This document shows, piece by piece, positions 57,964 to 64,000 of a DNA stretch of 64,000 nucleotides. The stretch's first letter is position 1, and each line of letters begins with the position of its first letter. A program made the position numbers and the translations under genes. A model generated the notes under the pieces. That model ran no database searches. It saw only the letters and a program-made list of their open reading frames with translations, and had not been told where the DNA came from. The stretch is taken from positions 32,302,001-32,366,000 of the forward strand of contig OZ024748.1 in the NCBI GenBank assembly GCA_964016885.1, in the 5' to 3' direction. The stretch is from Eledone cirrhosa. Taxonomy: Eukaryota.

Positions 57964-58142
57964 ATAGGAACCAGTAAGACCACGACGGCTGAGCTCAAAC
58001 CGTATCGACGGCTAATTAGCCGTCGATACGGTTGAGCTCAGCCGTCGGGGTCTTACTGGTTCCTATTACCGACTCTACTACCCTAAGTATTGAGTACTTT
58101 GGTGCGTTATGGTCCACCTGGTTCCTTACCACAGTTCCTTCG
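57964..58142. repeat. ~100-bp near-perfect palindrome (centre 58015/58016) with a ~75-nt one-sided tail
   Basis: TAGGAACCAGTAAGACC..CGACGGCTAA|TTAGCCGTCG..GGTCTTACTGGTTCCTA, between (TA)n tracts. Confidence 0.9.
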
Positions 58143-58233
<91 letters not shown>

Positions 58234-58251
58234 TATAGATAGGTAAATATA

Positions 58252-58688
58252 CACGGGTGTGTATGATTGTGTATAGAAGATTATATTAATAAGAGGAATT
58301 CCAACTTTGTCTGATTTACTCGTTTTATTTACAATCCTTTAAAATATATATAATATGGTATTATAATGAAATAGTATGATAGAATATTAAATTCTAAGTG
58401 TTAATTGAACAAGTACTTTCATGCTTTCGCAATCTTCAGGTTCATGATATGTGGTGACAGTCGAGTTTGCAATTTTCAACTGAAAATTCAGTTGAAAATT
58501 GCAAACTCGACTGTCACCACATATCATGAACCTGAAGATTGCGAAAGCATGAAAGTACTTGTTCAATTAACACTTAGAATTTAATATTCTATCATACTAT
58601 TTCATTATAATACCATATTATATATATTTTAAAGGATTGTAAATAAAACGAGTAAATCAGCCAAAGTTGGAATTCCTCTTATTAATAC
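58252..58688. mobile_element. fold-back of the 17735-family PLE terminus (centre ~58485), intact hammerheads 58406-58444 (-) and 58527-58565 (+)
   Basis: TTCAACTGAA-AA-TTCAGTTGAA at the centre. HHR sequence is identical to 18683-18721. Confidence 0.92.
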
Positions 58689-58702
58689 ATATATATATAT
58701 AC

Positions 58703-58763
<61 letters not shown>

Positions 58764-58882
58764 TGCATATATATATACATATATCTATACTCATATATAT
58801 ATACATATATATATACATATATATATATACATATATATATATACATATATATATACATATATATACATATATACATATATAC

Positions 58883-58913
<31 letters not shown>

Positions 58914-59014
58914 CATATATATATACATATATATATACATATACATATATATATATATATACACATATATATATATACACATATATATATATATAGATAT
59001 ATATATATACATAT

Positions 59015-60100
59015 TGCTCAGTATGTAGGAAAGGTGTAGGTAGGAACTCTATTCTCTGCCCCAAATGCAAACAATGGGTACACAAGAGATGTAGCGGGAT
59101 CTCAGGAAGCTTAATTAAGAATGTAGGCTTCACATGCAGCAGCTGTGCTGGGACAGCAAGCAGCAAACAGCCACAGGAAACAAGTACCACCAATCTCTGG
59201 GAGGGCTCTGTAGAAACAGTAGACAGCTTCTGCTACCTAGGTGACCGAATTAGCAGCGGGGGTGGGTGTTCAGAAAGTACAATAACTAGGGTAAGAACAG
59301 GATGGAAGAAGTTTAGGGAACTACTGCCACTGCTAGCTGCAAAAGGCTTCTCCCTCAAAATGAAAGGCAGACTGTATGATGCGTGTATCCGAACAGCAAT
59401 GTTACATGGTAGTGAGACCTGGGCGCTGAAGGTGGAAAACTTACGTAGATTAGAAAGAAACGAAGCCTGCATGCTCCGATGGATGTGTAATAGTAATATA
59501 CGCGAACGACAAAGCATAAATGAATTGAGAGAGAGACTGAGCATAAGAGGAATCAAATGCCGTGTGCAGGAGAGGCGGTTGTGTTGGTATGGACATGTGA
59601 TGCGTATGAAGGATGACAGCTGCATAAAAAGGTGCAGAGCACTAGAAGTCACTGGAAACCGGGGAGTGGGGAGACCCAAGAAGACCTGGGATGAGGTGAT
59701 AAAAGCCGACTTTACCCAATTACACCTTTCAAAGGCGATCACACACGACCGTGACCTCTGGCATCACGCAGTAATACAGAGTACCCGACCTCACATGGGT
59801 ACAAGCTGAAGCATATAGACAACATGCCCCCACTGCAAGGTGGTCGTGGAGGTGCCACGGCAAAAAAGCACCCAGCCCACACTGTAAAGTGGACGTGTAG
59901 GCGCCACGGAAAAAGCACCCACCACTCACTGTAAATGAGATTGGTGTTAGGAAGGGCATCCAGCTGTAGAAATCAAGCCAGTTCCTGTATGAGCAAGGAA
60001 TGGTCAGGCGACCAGACACTGCCCACAACAGGACAACCCGTCTAACCCATGCTATCATGGAAGAACGGACGTAAAACAGTGATGATGATGATGATGATGA
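59015..60100 (+). mobile_element. RTE-type LINE 3' fragment; open frame 59015-59809 with a PHD-like finger and RT C-terminus; 3' UTR ends in (GAT)n
   Basis: [53 protein letters not shown]. Confidence 0.92.
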
Positions 60101-60145
60101 TATATATATAGATATATACATACATATACATACATATATATATAC

Positions 60146-60206
<61 letters not shown>

Positions 60207-60244
60207 TATATACATATACATATATATATCTACATATATATATC

Positions 60245-63338
<3,094 letters not shown>

Positions 63339-63424
63339 TATATATATATACATATACATATATATATACACATATATATATACATATACACACATATATA
63401 TATACATATACAAATTAACTTTAA

Positions 63425-64000
63425 GGCCTTTTCATTTTACGCCATGCTTTCATGTTTGGAATTTCTTCTCTAGTTCAGCCACAGATTCAGCAATGAGTGT
63501 TAGATCATCTGCGTATAGAAGTTCCCATGGGCAGCCGGTCTTGAACTCCTTTCTTCAAGCCTGAAGGGCAATAATAAATAGGAGGTGGCTAATGAACACC
63601 AACTTTAAGGAGGGGGCTGATGAACACCAACTTTTACGCTAAATTCTTCACTATATTCATTGTTAATTTTAACCTTGCTGACTGTCTCTCTATACATGGC
63701 TTGTATAGCTCTCACAAGCCATTCATCTACACCTAGTTTTCTAAGAGCCCACCAGATAGTGGCGCGGGGGATTCTGTCAAAGGCTTTCTCCAAGTCTACA
63801 AATGCTAAGTAGAGGGGTTTACTTTTAGCTAGATACTTCTCCTGTAGTTGTTGTACAAAGAAAAGAGCGTCTGCGGTACTTTTACCTGACACAAACTCAA
63901 ACTGCATTTCGTCTAGATCAATTCGCTCTCTGTGACCTTCATGACCTGGTCAACTAACTTAATGTCTCTATTATTTCCCCTATCTAGAGCATCACCTTTA
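63425..64000 (-). pseudogene. RTE-type RT fragment
   Basis: ORF 63605-63907 (MQF..GKSTADALF, AFVDLEKAFDRIPR, VGVHQ), then [12 protein letters not shown] at ~63505-63540. Confidence 0.88.

Overview
AT-rich eukaryotic (animal) repeat DNA. The SINE and LINE types look cephalopod/octopus-like, but this is an inference. No host protein-coding gene is supportable. The window is a nested stack of retroelements inserted into (TA)n microsatellites: at least 10 Penelope-like elements (PLEs; RT plus C-terminal GIY-YIG) from several families, often as fold-back insertions with 3' ends outward; several RTE-clade LINEs; tRNA-derived SINEs; and one decayed Ty3/Gypsy LTR element. Reading the non-coding parts by hand shows about 30 minimal type-I hammerhead ribozyme (HHR) motifs from roughly a dozen unrelated families. 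The most striking feature is a non-coding ~440-530 bp tandem/inverted array with one HHR per monomer (60385-63338), a retrozyme-like candidate for small circular RNA. Also notable: three adjacent ~530-570 bp non-coding units with the same tandem+inverted architecture, HHRs with ~100-nt stem II inserts, and an in-frame TGA shared by two PLE copies inside the GIY-YIG domain. All folds were made by eye, and element boundaries are approximate.
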